A stretch of 49,111 nt of DNA, from the NCBI GenBank assembly GCA_964455305.1, contig CAYVVU010000001.1, forward strand, positions 14,530 through 63,640, given 5' to 3'. The position numbers and the translations under genes are program-made. The notes below the pieces were generated by a model. The model saw only the letters and a list, made by a program, of their open reading frames with translations. It was not told the DNA's origin and ran no database searches. Numbering within the stretch: the stretch's first letter is position 1; every line of letters starts with the position of its first letter. The DNA is from an uncultured Thermoplasmata archaeon (GTDB lineage: Archaea; Thermoplasmatota; Thermoplasmata; Thermoplasmatales; CAYVVU01). Positions 10,006 through 20,466 of the stretch are shown piece by piece.

Positions 10006-10797
10006 GTGAAAATAAGGCACGCGAATATAGATGATTGCACGGGAATATCCAAACTGCACAGGGCTGTGGATAAAACAACATCTTGGAGAGAAGGAGGGCC
10101 CTGGGTCAATGAGAATTTATGCAAAGAGCATATAGAAAGCGCATTGAAGTACGGATGGGAAATTTATGTGGCCGAGGAGGGAGAAATTTTGGGAGAAGTT
10201 GAGGTTGTCGCTGGGGAAGAGCCAGAGCCCTACGGCTACAATGTACACATATCGGTTTTATATGTCCATCCAAAGTATCAGGGAATTGGTGTTGGGAGGA
10301 AATTGATAAATGAGGTTGTAGAGTATGCAAAATCCAACGATGCAGATACTCTGACAGTGGTTCCATCAAAAAATTCAATGGGATTTTATGAAAAAATGGG
10401 CTTCAGAATTTACGAGGAGTGGAAAAAAATTATAGTTACTCCTCAAAATTGGCATTCAAAAAATAGCGAAAAATTGACCGCGCTTGAAAACAAAGATTAT
10501 TCGGTGGTAAAATATCTTCCCCTTATCGTTGGAAGGTATCAGTCCTCAAAAAATGTGTGGGATTCCGTGGTCCGGAGAACTTTTTCCTTAATGCCGGAGG
10601 CGGATGTTTATGAAACGGAATGTGGTATTGTAGCCCTTGTTGGGAGAGATGTAAAAACGGCGTTTTGCTGGGGGAGGGACGAAAAAATGTGTATTTCTAC
10701 CGCGATAAAAATCTGTAGGCGAACGGGGGCTAAAAAGTTAAAGATTCTCGTACGTGGGGAGGGAGGAGAATTGAAAATACTCAACAGGAATTTTTAA
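10006..10797 (+). CDS. GNAT-family N-acetyltransferase with an uncharacterised C-terminal domain.
   Basis: GTG start. Acetyl-CoA motif VHPKYQGIGVGRKLINEVVEYAK and GFYEKMGF. The ~110 aa C-terminal part is unassigned. Confidence 0.7.
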   Translation: MKIRHANIDDCTGISKLHRAVDKTTSWREGGPWVNENLCKEHIESALKYGWEIYVAEEGEILGEVEVVAGEEPEPYGYNVHISVLYVHPKYQGIGVGRKLINEVVEYAKSNDADTLTVVPSKNSMGFYEKMGFRIYEEWKKIIVTPQNWHSKNSEKLTALENKDYSVVKYLPLIVGRYQSSKNVWDSVVRRTFSLMPEADVYETECGIVALVGRDVKTAFCWGRDEKMCISTAIKICRRTGAKKLKILVRGEGGELKILNRNF

Positions 10798-11296
10798 AAA
10801 CCATAATAGTCCCCTTTTCCTCTTCCCAAAATTGAAGTGGCACTCTACCAATTATTTCAAAAATTTCTTTCGCTTCCTTGTTTCTTTTCAATATTGAAAT
10901 CCATGCCTCCTCTGAAACTCTTATACATTCATCCACGAAACTCTTCCACAGGCTTTTCGGAATGTCCTGCATAACTGTAAACGAAACGCACAGATCAAAA
11001 TAGCAGTTGGAGTAAGGGATGTTCAGAGCATCGCTCACTATGAATTCGGCACTTGGAACTCTTTCTCTCGCTATTTCTATCATTTTTTCCGCGATATCTA
11101 TTCCTACGACCTCCACGGCACCTAACGCAACTATTCTTTCGGTAATTATTCCTGTTCCACACCCCACATCTATCACCCTTTTACCCGAAAAAGAGAGTCC
11201 TCTATTTAATGCAAATTCCAATTTTTTGATTTGCTCCTCGCCGTAAAGTTCATCGTAGCCGCGAGCAATGGCGTTGTAATATTCTCGTGCATTCAC
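10781..11296 (-). CDS. Class I SAM-dependent methyltransferase.
   Basis: Motif I VIDVGCGTGIITE and motif II VVGIDIAEKMIEIA. Its 3' end overlaps the GNAT 3' end by 17 nt. Confidence 0.8.
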   Translation of the reverse strand: MNAREYYNAIARGYDELYGEEQIKKLEFALNRGLSFSGKRVIDVGCGTGIITERIVALGAVEVVGIDIAEKMIEIARERVPSAEFIVSDALNIPYSNCYFDLCVSFTVMQDIPKSLWKSFVDECIRVSEEAWISILKRNKEAKEIFEIIGRVPLQFWEEEKGTIMVFKNSC

Positions 11297-11593
11297 ATAG
11301 AGGTGATTGACCTAAAATATTTAGAATTTAACTTCTTTCAGAGCGTATTTGAAATTTGGAGGAAAATTTAAATATCTGTTAGGTGATAAGATAAATATGG
11401 AAACGACGATTATGGAGAGGATATGGAAGTTGCTTGTGAGGAAATCACCTGTGCTTGAACTTATGAAATACATGAAATTGATAACTTTACTCTGTTCGCA
11501 CATCCCTTTACGACTTATTGTTCTTTCTTTAAACTTATCTTCTCATCATATTTCCACATATATAATTCAAATATTAGTGGAGGTGATGCACCT

Positions 11594-11887
11594 ATGAAAA
11601 AAGAGGATCAATCAGTTGATGATTTTGAATTTTTTGTATCAGCTCTCTGGTTGTTTTATTTAACTCTTTTACTTCTAATTATAGAATACCTCTCAAATAT
11701 TATTATGTCTCTGCCCGTTTTTATGATGGGTGAGTTATCACTTTGGGGTTTGTATTCATACAAATCCAAACAAACAGGAAAATCCTATAAGGATTCAAAA
11801 TATTGGTTCATGATATGTTTGGCGTTAATGTATGCGGTTATGATTATTGCTTATACTGCGCGTATGATGGTTAGTATCAGCGATTAA
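11594..11887 (+). CDS. Small membrane protein (97 aa, about 3 TM segments); hypothetical.
   Basis: GGAGGTGA SD 7 nt upstream of the ATG. Hydrophobic segments are present. The C-terminal 38 aa are paralogous to the 44-aa ORF at 22143..22277. Confidence 0.55.
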   Translation: MKKEDQSVDDFEFFVSALWLFYLTLLLLIIEYLSNIIMSLPVFMMGELSLWGLYSYKSKQTGKSYKDSKYWFMICLALMYAVMIIAYTARMMVSISD

Positions 11888-11960
11888 GTTTTATGGGGTT
11901 GGTATAGAGATTATAGGTGCGGAATACGAGATAATATGGAGATAGAGAGGTTTATATATA
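11771..11960 (+). repeat. Copy A of a ~190-bp repeat: 3' part of a small TM-peptide gene, ~70 nt of non-coding sequence and a TATA box.
   Basis: Ungapped hand alignment to the reverse complement of 22071..22260, roughly 85% identical. It ends in gtttatatat, about 26 nt upstream of ATG 11981. Confidence 0.85.
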
Positions 11961-11980
11961 GCGATGCAATATGATTAAAT

Positions 11981-12199
11981 ATGAGCGAGGAAGTAGAGGA
12001 GATCAAGGATAAGAACTACGAGTTCTATATAAATGCGGATTTAAGCGAATATGCGGGAAAGTGGATTGCGATAGTGGATGGAAAGGTAGTTGCGAGCGGA
12101 GATAGAGCGGACGAGGTAGGCAGAGAAGCGGAGCGAAAATATCCAAACAAGAAGATAGCATTAGCCAAAGTTCCTGAAGGAGATACCCTAATTCTATAA
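11981..12199 (+). CDS. DUF5678-like small protein.
   Basis: 72 aa. KWIAIVDGKVVASGDRADEV...KYPNKKIALAKVP matches my memory of the DUF5678 family. Leaderless spacing from the TATA box. Confidence 0.65.
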   Translation: MSEEVEEIKDKNYEFYINADLSEYAGKWIAIVDGKVVASGDRADEVGREAERKYPNKKIALAKVPEGDTLIL

Positions 12200-12212
12200 G
12201 AGGTGAAATCCT

Positions 12213-14217
<2,005 letters not shown>

Positions 14218-14226
14218 AAACAGGTA

Positions 14227-15066
14227 TTAACCTAACCAGCAAGTATTTTTATCTTCCCTAATAAATTCTTTAATCTCTCTTATATATGAGGGATTGATAT
14301 GTTTATCTTTATCATCTTTGAAGTATTTCTGTTTCCACCCTCTATATCCACTTGGATGGTATATTCCAAGAATCTTCTTATCTTTCAATAACTTTTCATA
14401 TTTAGAATCACTAGCAAGTTTTATCATATTGTTATATGATGCCTTTCCAAGACATAATATAATATCTCCCTTAATCAAATTCAGAACTTTACCCATAAAC
14501 TTGTTTATACATTCAGTACTGTCTACAGATAACGATTTCTTATTGGCTTTAGAATTCTGATAATCTTCTTCGTATTCACAATACACAACCTCAGTCCATA
14601 GGATAAGATCATCTTTCTGAAGTCCAAGATATTTATACGTCTGATTCAGAAAACTTTTTGTATTGTGGAAATAGCTAAGGATGTTTTCATACTTTTTGTT
14701 GAGTTTTTCAAAGTATGTGCTGAGCCATAGAGTGTATATTTCTTCAAAAGCTAATTTACATTTGTCATTAATATCATTCTCTGTTGGATGTTTAATATTA
14801 TACTTATCAAGTATGTGAAGATAAAACTTGTTTTCAAATGGCAGTATATGACCTGGATTAATTCCAAAAATACCTAGCCTTATCTCATCACTTGCATTCT
14901 TTAATTTTTCAACGAATTCTTTAGAATCATTCACATACTCTATTTTATCTAAAATGAATACCCTAGGGATTATTCCCTTCTCGGGTTTGTTTATGATGTT
15001 CGGACAGTTCTTCCTACAACATATTATTTCTGCCCCTATGTTTATGAAATCTTCATACACTCCCAT
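14227..15066 (-). CDS. Divergent uracil-DNA-glycosylase-superfamily protein, MUG/TDG-like motif 1, with a large insertion.
   Basis: 279 aa. Ordered landmarks are RLGIFGINPGH, WTEVVYCE, IILCLGKASY and ILGIYHPSGY. It has an N-terminal CCRKNC patch and very AT-rich coding sequence. A TATA-like aaatttaatattt lies about 28 nt upstream of the ATG. Confidence 0.55.
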   Translation of the reverse strand: MGVYEDFINIGAEIICCRKNCPNIINKPEKGIIPRVFILDKIEYVNDSKEFVEKLKNASDEIRLGIFGINPGHILPFENKFYLHILDKYNIKHPTENDINDKCKLAFEEIYTLWLSTYFEKLNKKYENILSYFHNTKSFLNQTYKYLGLQKDDLILWTEVVYCEYEEDYQNSKANKKSLSVDSTECINKFMGKVLNLIKGDIILCLGKASYNNMIKLASDSKYEKLLKDKKILGIYHPSGYRGWKQKYFKDDKDKHINPSYIREIKEFIREDKNTCWLG

Positions 15067-15115
15067 AAAAATAGATAAGTGTACACAAAATATTAAATTT
15101 TTTCATTAATGCAGA

Positions 15116-15643
15116 TTAGTCAAGCTTTAGTTTATTTATCTCCTGAAAGTGTTTGATCATTTGAATTAATGTTGTACATGGATAATTTTCGTGATAAAAC
15201 CATCTATATTTGCGATCATACTTTTCTCTAATAAAATCTGCAAGCTCATTTACTATTTCCCAAAAACATTTAACTTCAAAACCTTTACTTTCGGCATATT
15301 TACGAGTATTATCCGTTAAATTCCAACAATAAATAACTTTTCTTAGTTTTCTGCAAGTTTTACTTTTTATATTCATATTTTCCAAACATTTCTGAAAATC
15401 CTTATTTTTAAATTGTTGTGCTATTTCATCTACATCCTTTCTTGAAATATCATATGATTTAACTTCTCCTATTATACATTCGGAAATTTTACCGTTTTCA
15501 TCTATTTTGATAGCTACAATATCTATATCAGACCAGCCAGAACCCTTTTCAACTCTTTTTAAGAATTTAACATCAACTTTTACAATGTATTTTCCAATAA
15601 GCTCAAGGTATTCCCTCACTAAATTTTCATATATACTAACCAT
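15116..15643 (-). CDS. PD-(D/E)xK (restriction-endonuclease-like) nuclease-fold protein.
   Basis: 175 aa. The N-terminal helix carries E (ENLVREYLE), then SDIDIVAI ... IGEVKSY, a classic D-x(n)-E-x-K core. A tttaaata box lies about 27 nt upstream of the ATG. Confidence 0.6.
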   Translation of the reverse strand: MVSIYENLVREYLELIGKYIVKVDVKFLKRVEKGSGWSDIDIVAIKIDENGKISECIIGEVKSYDISRKDVDEIAQQFKNKDFQKCLENMNIKSKTCRKLRKVIYCWNLTDNTRKYAESKGFEVKCFWEIVNELADFIREKYDRKYRWFYHENYPCTTLIQMIKHFQEINKLKLD

Positions 15644-15749
15644 AAACTCTCATTACATTATGATATTTAAACTTTCCTATAATGGGCAAGGAAATTTTCA
15701 GTATGGAGAATATCATTACTAAAATGGCAGAATATTTTTGTGCAAAAAG

Positions 15750-15834
15750 TGCGGGGGGAGGGATTTGAACCCTCGAACCCCTACGGGACGGGACCCTAAA
15801 TCCCGCGCCTTTGACCTGACTCGGCAACCCCCGC
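15750..15834 (-). tRNA. tRNA-Leu (anticodon UAG), class II with a long variable arm; no encoded CCA, no intron.
   Basis: The reverse complement folds as acceptor GCGGGGG/CCCCCGC and D stem GCC/GGC. Anticodon stem CGGGA/UCCCG has loop UU-UAG-GG. The variable arm is CCCGUAGGGG and the T arm is GAGGG-UUCAAAU-CCCUC. An oligo-T (cttttt) follows. Confidence 0.9.
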
Positions 15835-15891
15835 TCCGAAACCATTAAATCTCAAGTATATATAAGAGTAGCGGGTTCGGAGGTTTCTCCT

Positions 15892-16347
15892 GTGAAGGAC
15901 ATGGGTAAGGTACTTTACAGAAGTACTGCTGGAAAAGACGAACGCGGAAGGTTACTTGGAAGTATAGGTTTTGTTATGGGAATAATCGGAATAAGTTTGG
16001 GTATTTTGGCTATACTTATCGGTGGAGATCCTTTATTTGCCGGTATGGGTATTACTTATGGAGCAATGGGTTCTTTGATGGGTTACAGGGCGATAACCCT
16101 TGAAGTGATAATAGGAGAAAAAGGCATTGCAGTTCCGGGAAGCATAGGAAGGATATATATTTCATATAAAGATATAGCAGAAATTAGGCTGAACAATTCA
16201 CCCGAAAACTTCAATTTGTTCGTTGAAATAGTTACGAAAGAAGGAAAAGTAATAAAAGTGAATAAAAATTTAATAAAAAATTGGAAACATTTTTACGATG
16301 TAGTTATGGAACATCTATCCAAGAAGGTTAAGGTCGTTGCTCATTAA
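15892..16347 (+). CDS. Membrane protein with 2 TM helices and a small beta-rich, bacterial-PH-like C-terminal domain.
   Basis: 151 aa. TM segments LLGSIGFVMGIIGISLGILAILIGG and FAGMGITYGAMGSLMGY, then GIAVPGSIGRIYISYKDIAEIRL. TATA tatatataag lies about 28 nt upstream. The start is GTG 15892 or ATG 15901. Confidence 0.6.
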   Translation: MKDMGKVLYRSTAGKDERGRLLGSIGFVMGIIGISLGILAILIGGDPLFAGMGITYGAMGSLMGYRAITLEVIIGEKGIAVPGSIGRIYISYKDIAEIRLNNSPENFNLFVEIVTKEGKVIKVNKNLIKNWKHFYDVVMEHLSKKVKVVAH

Positions 16348-16423
16348 AATTTATTATCAACTATTTTCCAGCTACTTGTAAAAACGACAAAAAACTAATA
16401 TCCAATAAATTATTTTGCGTTTT

Positions 16424-17203
16424 ATGGTTGAGCACGAGGTTTACGAAGCTGTGAGGGATAAAAAACGGATAACGAAAACCCTTATTCTTCTGGAGATAGT
16501 AAAGGGTGCGCGAAAATTAAAGGAAATTGCCGACGCTATAGGAATAACTATACAGGGCGTATCGGATTATGTGAGAGAGATGGTTGAGGAAGGTCTGATA
16601 ACCAAAGATATGAAGATAACAATGGAAGGTGTGGATTTTATTGAAAAAAGTGTGAAAAGTATGGATTCTTTTCTTAAGGAGGCAAACAAAAGGTTACAGA
16701 TGATAAGGATAGTTGACGCAATAGCCGCGGAAGATATAGAGGAGGGAGATGAGGTCGGTCTTTTCATGCGTAAAGGCAGGGTTATGGCTAGGAAGGGCGA
16801 AGAGGATTCCATGGGAATAGCGATTAATTCCGCGAGAAAGGGGGAGGATGTTGGTGTAACATCTCTCAGGGGAATATTAAAGATAGATAGAGGCAGGATA
16901 AAGATTTGCGTTCTGCCTTCCATATCGGAGGGTGGTAGCAGGGCTGTGAATTATCGGAAGATTGAGAATTTAATCGCTGAGGGATTTGATATATACGCAG
17001 CCTATGGCTCGGTGGCTGTGGTAACTCTTGAGAAAATAGGTATAGATAGATTCGTGGAGTTCGCCCCCGCAATTATGTGTGTTGAATGTGCCTTAAAAGG
17101 GATGAATCCTCTTTTGCTCGTCTCTAAGGATTACCTCTCCCATATAATAAGGGAGATAACCACTTACGGCTACGATGTTGATTATGAGATAGTCAGCGTG
17201 TAA
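16424..17203 (+). CDS. Winged-HTH transcriptional regulator with a conserved-archaeal-type C-terminal domain.
   Basis: wHTH ILLEIVKGARKLKEIADAIGITIQGVSDYVREMVEEGLI. ATG 16424 lies about 26 nt after the AT box aactaatatcc. The track start TTG 16415 is the alternative. Confidence 0.7.
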   Translation: MVEHEVYEAVRDKKRITKTLILLEIVKGARKLKEIADAIGITIQGVSDYVREMVEEGLITKDMKITMEGVDFIEKSVKSMDSFLKEANKRLQMIRIVDAIAAEDIEEGDEVGLFMRKGRVMARKGEEDSMGIAINSARKGEDVGVTSLRGILKIDRGRIKICVLPSISEGGSRAVNYRKIENLIAEGFDIYAAYGSVAVVTLEKIGIDRFVEFAPAIMCVECALKGMNPLLLVSKDYLSHIIREITTYGYDVDYEIVSV

Positions 17204-17722
17204 TCATCCCAGATCTTTTAGAACTACCGCGAATATCGCCGCGGAGCCGAAACCCGTCATAGCGCCGGTTATTGCTCTTATCAGATTTGTACTTTCGTAG
17301 GGAGTTAAAAGTTGTACTCCTCCATCCACCATAAGAGGAATAAGCAAAACGATATACACAATTTCGGGAATTCTAAACGACATAAAAGAGTATATTAGGA
17401 GGGTAATGGCGAATGTCACGAAAATCGCTGTACATCTTGAGCAAACGGGCATCTGATTTCCGTTAATGAAGAACGAGCGAGATGCGTGCTGATGACATAT
17501 GAAATCCCCTATTTTGTAGGTAATTCTCGCTAGGTTCGTTTTCATCTTGGAAATTTCCTTGCCGTGGTCCATAATTACCGTTTTTCCGTCATCTCCGAGA
17601 TATATCGTATTTGGGGGCTCAACCAACGGGGCGAGAATTATCATAAAAGCCCAGAAGAGGAAAAGAAGAGCCAACGAGAATACCCAAAGTGAAAATTTGA
17701 ACTCAACGAATGGTCGTTCCAT
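17204..17722 (-). CDS. DUF2085-family membrane protein.
   Basis: CHQHASRSFFINGNQMPVCSRCTAIF motif and multiple TM helices. The start is uncertain (ATG 17722 or 17767); either overlaps the pyrH 3' end. Confidence 0.7.
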   Translation of the reverse strand: MERPFVEFKFSLWVFSLALLFLFWAFMIILAPLVEPPNTIYLGDDGKTVIMDHGKEISKMKTNLARITYKIGDFICHQHASRSFFINGNQMPVCSRCTAIFVTFAITLLIYSFMSFRIPEIVYIVLLIPLMVDGGVQLLTPYESTNLIRAITGAMTGFGSAAIFAVVLKDLG

Positions 17723-18371
17723 AGAATTTCTTTCCCTCCAGCGCCTTCTTGAAATTCTCCAAGTCATTTCCGTTGAGGATTTTTATAACTATTTTGCTCC
17801 TGGCCGCAATTTTTATCGCTAAAGGATCCATGACGAAATTCGTTGAAGCCCCCTTATAAGATTCCAACGCCATTTTCAATGCCCTATCGTAAGATATTTT
17901 TTCAATTAGTTTGACATCCCTGTGTTTTCTGGGATCTTTATCGTAGATGCCGTCCACATTGCTAAGATTTATTACCTCCTTACATTTTGTTCTCTCAGCC
18001 ACCATTAAGGCCACGGCATCCGTGGTGTGGCCGGGCTCCGTACCTCCCATGAAAACAAGGTTGTGGGTAGCCAACGCCTTGACGGCTTCCACCACATTTA
18101 ATGGCACATTAGGATAAGAATCTTCGGAGATGAATAGGGAAGCATTAATTCTTGTGGCCATTATCCCGAGGTAATCAAGCAGGAATTCGTCAAGACCGAG
18201 TTTTCTACCAACCTGAACATACTTCCTGGCGATTTCACCGCCGCCCACCACAACGCATATCTTATCCTTTCTGGAATACTCCCTCACAATGTTGTGAAAT
18301 TCTTTTATATAAGCAGTTCTTATGGCCCCACGCTTCCATATAAGCGAACCGCCCAGCGAAATTACTTTCAT
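17703..18371 (-). CDS. pyrH: Uridylate (UMP) kinase, archaeal type.
   Basis: MKVISLGGSLI, VVVGGGEIARKY and GGTEPGHTTDAVA. I prefer ATG 18371; the upstream track extension is hydrophobic junk. Confidence 0.9.
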   Translation of the reverse strand: MKVISLGGSLIWKRGAIRTAYIKEFHNIVREYSRKDKICVVVGGGEIARKYVQVGRKLGLDEFLLDYLGIMATRINASLFISEDSYPNVPLNVVEAVKALATHNLVFMGGTEPGHTTDAVALMVAERTKCKEVINLSNVDGIYDKDPRKHRDVKLIEKISYDRALKMALESYKGASTNFVMDPLAIKIAARSKIVIKILNGNDLENFKKALEGKKFYGTTIR

Positions 18372-18390
18372 ATGAAGGATAATGGCCTTA

Positions 18391-18404
18391 AACTTAAAAA
18401 ATAT
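18391..18404. promoter_or_regulatory. Single central AT-rich (TATA-like) box shared by divergent, apparently leaderless pyrH and aRF1.
   Basis: aacttaaaaaatat is centred about 26-27 nt from both ATG 18371 (minus) and ATG 18424 (plus). The intergenic gap is only 52 bp. Confidence 0.45.
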
Positions 18405-18423
18405 GGTGGTTAATGTGGGAGAG

Positions 18424-19635
18424 ATGGACGATGATATGAAGAGGTACGAGTTCCGACGCATGCTGGAGGAATTGGCGAAGTATCAGGGTAGAGGAACTCA
18501 GCTCATCTCTCTTTACATCCCTCCGGACAGGCAGATAAGCGATGTAATGGCTTATCTTAGAGAGGAATATAGTACCGCGAGCAATATAAAGAGCAAGAGC
18601 ACAAGAAAAAATGTTCTCTCGGCTCTTGAAAGCATAATGAGCAAGTTGAAATATTTCAAAAAACCGCCGGAGAACGGCTTGGTTATATTCACCGGACATG
18701 TTCAGAAAAGAGGGGATCAGACGGAGATGGTTTCCTATGTTCTTGAACCCCCCGAGGCAGTGCCATCCTTCATATATAGATGCGATTCCACATTCTTCTT
18801 GGAACCCCTGAAACACATGCTCACGGAAAAAGATGTTTACGGCCTTCTGGTTATTGATAGAAAAGAGGCAACGATAGGTATTCTCAGGGGCACGAGAATA
18901 GAGGTGGTCAAACACCTCCGTTCCATGGTCCCCAGCAAGCACCAGCAGGGAGGCCAATCGGCCAGAAGGTTTGAGCGTCTAATAGAACTTGCGGCCCACG
19001 AATTCTTCAAAAAGGTGGGGGAGATAGCCAGCGAAGTATTCCTCTCTGAGGAGAATTTGAAAGGCGTGTTTGTCGGAGGTCCCGGTGGTACCAAGGACCA
19101 GTTCATGAAAAAGGATTATCTCCACCATGAAATTCGCAAGAAAGTATTGGATATAATAGATGTTGGATATACGGATGAATTCGGGCTAAGGGAACTTGTG
19201 GAAAAAGCCTCTCAGCGTTTAAAAGATATGAAGATAGCTAAGGAGAAGGAGGTTGTTAACCGCTTTTTGGGCGAAATCAAAAAGGATACTGGCAAGGCAA
19301 TATATGGGGAGAGGGAAGTAGTGGACGCAATTGAAAGGGGAGCTGTGGATACCCTCCTCCTTTCCGATTCGCTGCGTAAAATAAAAGTAAAGTATAGATG
19401 CCCGGTTTGTTCGCAAGAATACGAGGAAACATTGAGCGAGGTGGAGGATAGAATATGCGAGAAGTGCAATGTTCCCATGGATGTTGTATCCAAAGAAGAT
19501 ATAATTGAAAAATACGCGGAAATGGTGAAGGAAAAGGGAGGTGAGGTTAGGCTTATAAGTAGTGAGAGCGAGGAGGGTAAATTATTCCTCCGCGCCTTCA
19601 ATGGTATCGGTGCTATCCTCAGATACGCCCTCTGA
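18424..19635 (+). CDS. prf1: Peptide chain release factor aRF1.
   Basis: NIKS motif (TASNIKSKSTRKN), GGQ motif (HQQGGQSARRF) and C-terminal GIGAILRY. The start is chosen at ATG 18424; 18382 and 18403 are also in frame. Confidence 0.92.
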   Translation: MDDDMKRYEFRRMLEELAKYQGRGTQLISLYIPPDRQISDVMAYLREEYSTASNIKSKSTRKNVLSALESIMSKLKYFKKPPENGLVIFTGHVQKRGDQTEMVSYVLEPPEAVPSFIYRCDSTFFLEPLKHMLTEKDVYGLLVIDRKEATIGILRGTRIEVVKHLRSMVPSKHQQGGQSARRFERLIELAAHEFFKKVGEIASEVFLSEENLKGVFVGGPGGTKDQFMKKDYLHHEIRKKVLDIIDVGYTDEFGLRELVEKASQRLKDMKIAKEKEVVNRFLGEIKKDTGKAIYGEREVVDAIERGAVDTLLLSDSLRKIKVKYRCPVCSQEYEETLSEVEDRICEKCNVPMDVVSKEDIIEKYAEMVKEKGGEVRLISSESEEGKLFLRAFNGIGAILRYAL

Positions 19636-20367
19636 TTTTTCTTCCTTTTCCTCTTTTTCTTCGCCTTTCTCCTCGGGTTTTTCCTCTTCTACCTCCTCCC
19701 GCTTCGGATACTCTTCCACAAATCTTATTGTTAAGTTTCCAACATACTTTCTTAGATCCCTTATTATCTTCGGCTTCGCCATGGCCCAGTTAGGGTCAAA
19801 TTTTGCCTTGCCTTCAACCTTAATCGTTATCTCTTCCCCCTCAACATTTATTTCAAAATTTTCGGCATCCGCGTAATGCATATCTATTATTGCTTTAACT
19901 TTTGCTAGGGGTTCCTCTGCGACCTCCCTTATGTACAGTTTGTATTTTACGGTTTTTCCGGCTAGCGGGTGATTATAATCCACCAGAACCCTGCCCGGCG
20001 TAACGGATATGATTTTACCCATCATGCCCCGAATATAAACTTCCTTGCCCACCTCGGGCTCTATATCAAGTCTCGCGAGCTCGCGGTAAGAGTGAACTCT
20101 TATGAGTTTTGGGTCCCTGGGACCATACGCCTTTTCGGGAGGGAGTTCCACTTCAATCTCATCTCCAACATTCCCATTTTTTATGGCATTTTCAACATCG
20201 TCCAGCAAATCGCTCTCCCCAACTATTACAACCACAGACCTGTACTTTTTGCTCGGATCGTATATTCCATGCTCCTTGGCCACATCCTCAATAGTGGTAT
20301 CGTAAAGTTCGCCCGTATCCTTAATCCATACCTCGTAATCCACTCGTACTATGTCTCCTTCCTTCAT
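19582..20367 (-). CDS. Long-type archaeal FKBP peptidyl-prolyl isomerase (SlyD-like IF insertion) with an acidic C-terminal tail.
   Basis: MKEGDIVRVDYEVW..., VLVDYNHPLAGKTVKYKLYIREV, a C-terminal domain, then the EEVEEEKPEEKGEEKEEKEEKSE tail. ATG 20367 lies about 26 nt from an AT box. Confidence 0.88.
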   Translation of the reverse strand: MKEGDIVRVDYEVWIKDTGELYDTTIEDVAKEHGIYDPSKKYRSVVVIVGESDLLDDVENAIKNGNVGDEIEVELPPEKAYGPRDPKLIRVHSYRELARLDIEPEVGKEVYIRGMMGKIISVTPGRVLVDYNHPLAGKTVKYKLYIREVAEEPLAKVKAIIDMHYADAENFEINVEGEEITIKVEGKAKFDPNWAMAKPKIIRDLRKYVGNLTIRFVEEYPKREEVEEEKPEEKGEEKEEKEEKSEGVSEDSTDTIEGAEE

Positions 20368-20466
20368 AAACCGCCAGAATACAATTATGAATATAAAGTT
20401 TGGGGAGAGAAATCGCAAAATCAGAAAATGCCAACATTTATGAACTTCCTTCTTTTAGACCACTGG

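Noticed and set aside
11321-11597. ORFs 11349..11597 (+, 82 aa, TTG start) and 11321..11503 (-, 60 aa) in the methyltransferase/97-aa ORF spacer.
   Set aside because: They mutually overlap and have no SD or TATA in the right place. Their odd hydrophobic composition is typical of AT-rich non-coding DNA. I cannot support either.
15636-15845. 69-aa minus-strand ORF.
   Set aside because: It is simply the translation of the tRNA-Leu gene and its flanks.
19969-20466. N-terminal 166 codons of the 486-aa track ORF that contains the NOG1-like GTPase.
   Set aside because: This part is antisense to the FKBP gene and has no NOG1 similarity. Homology starts at MFEKLPHV (ATG 20467), which has leaderless TATA spacing.
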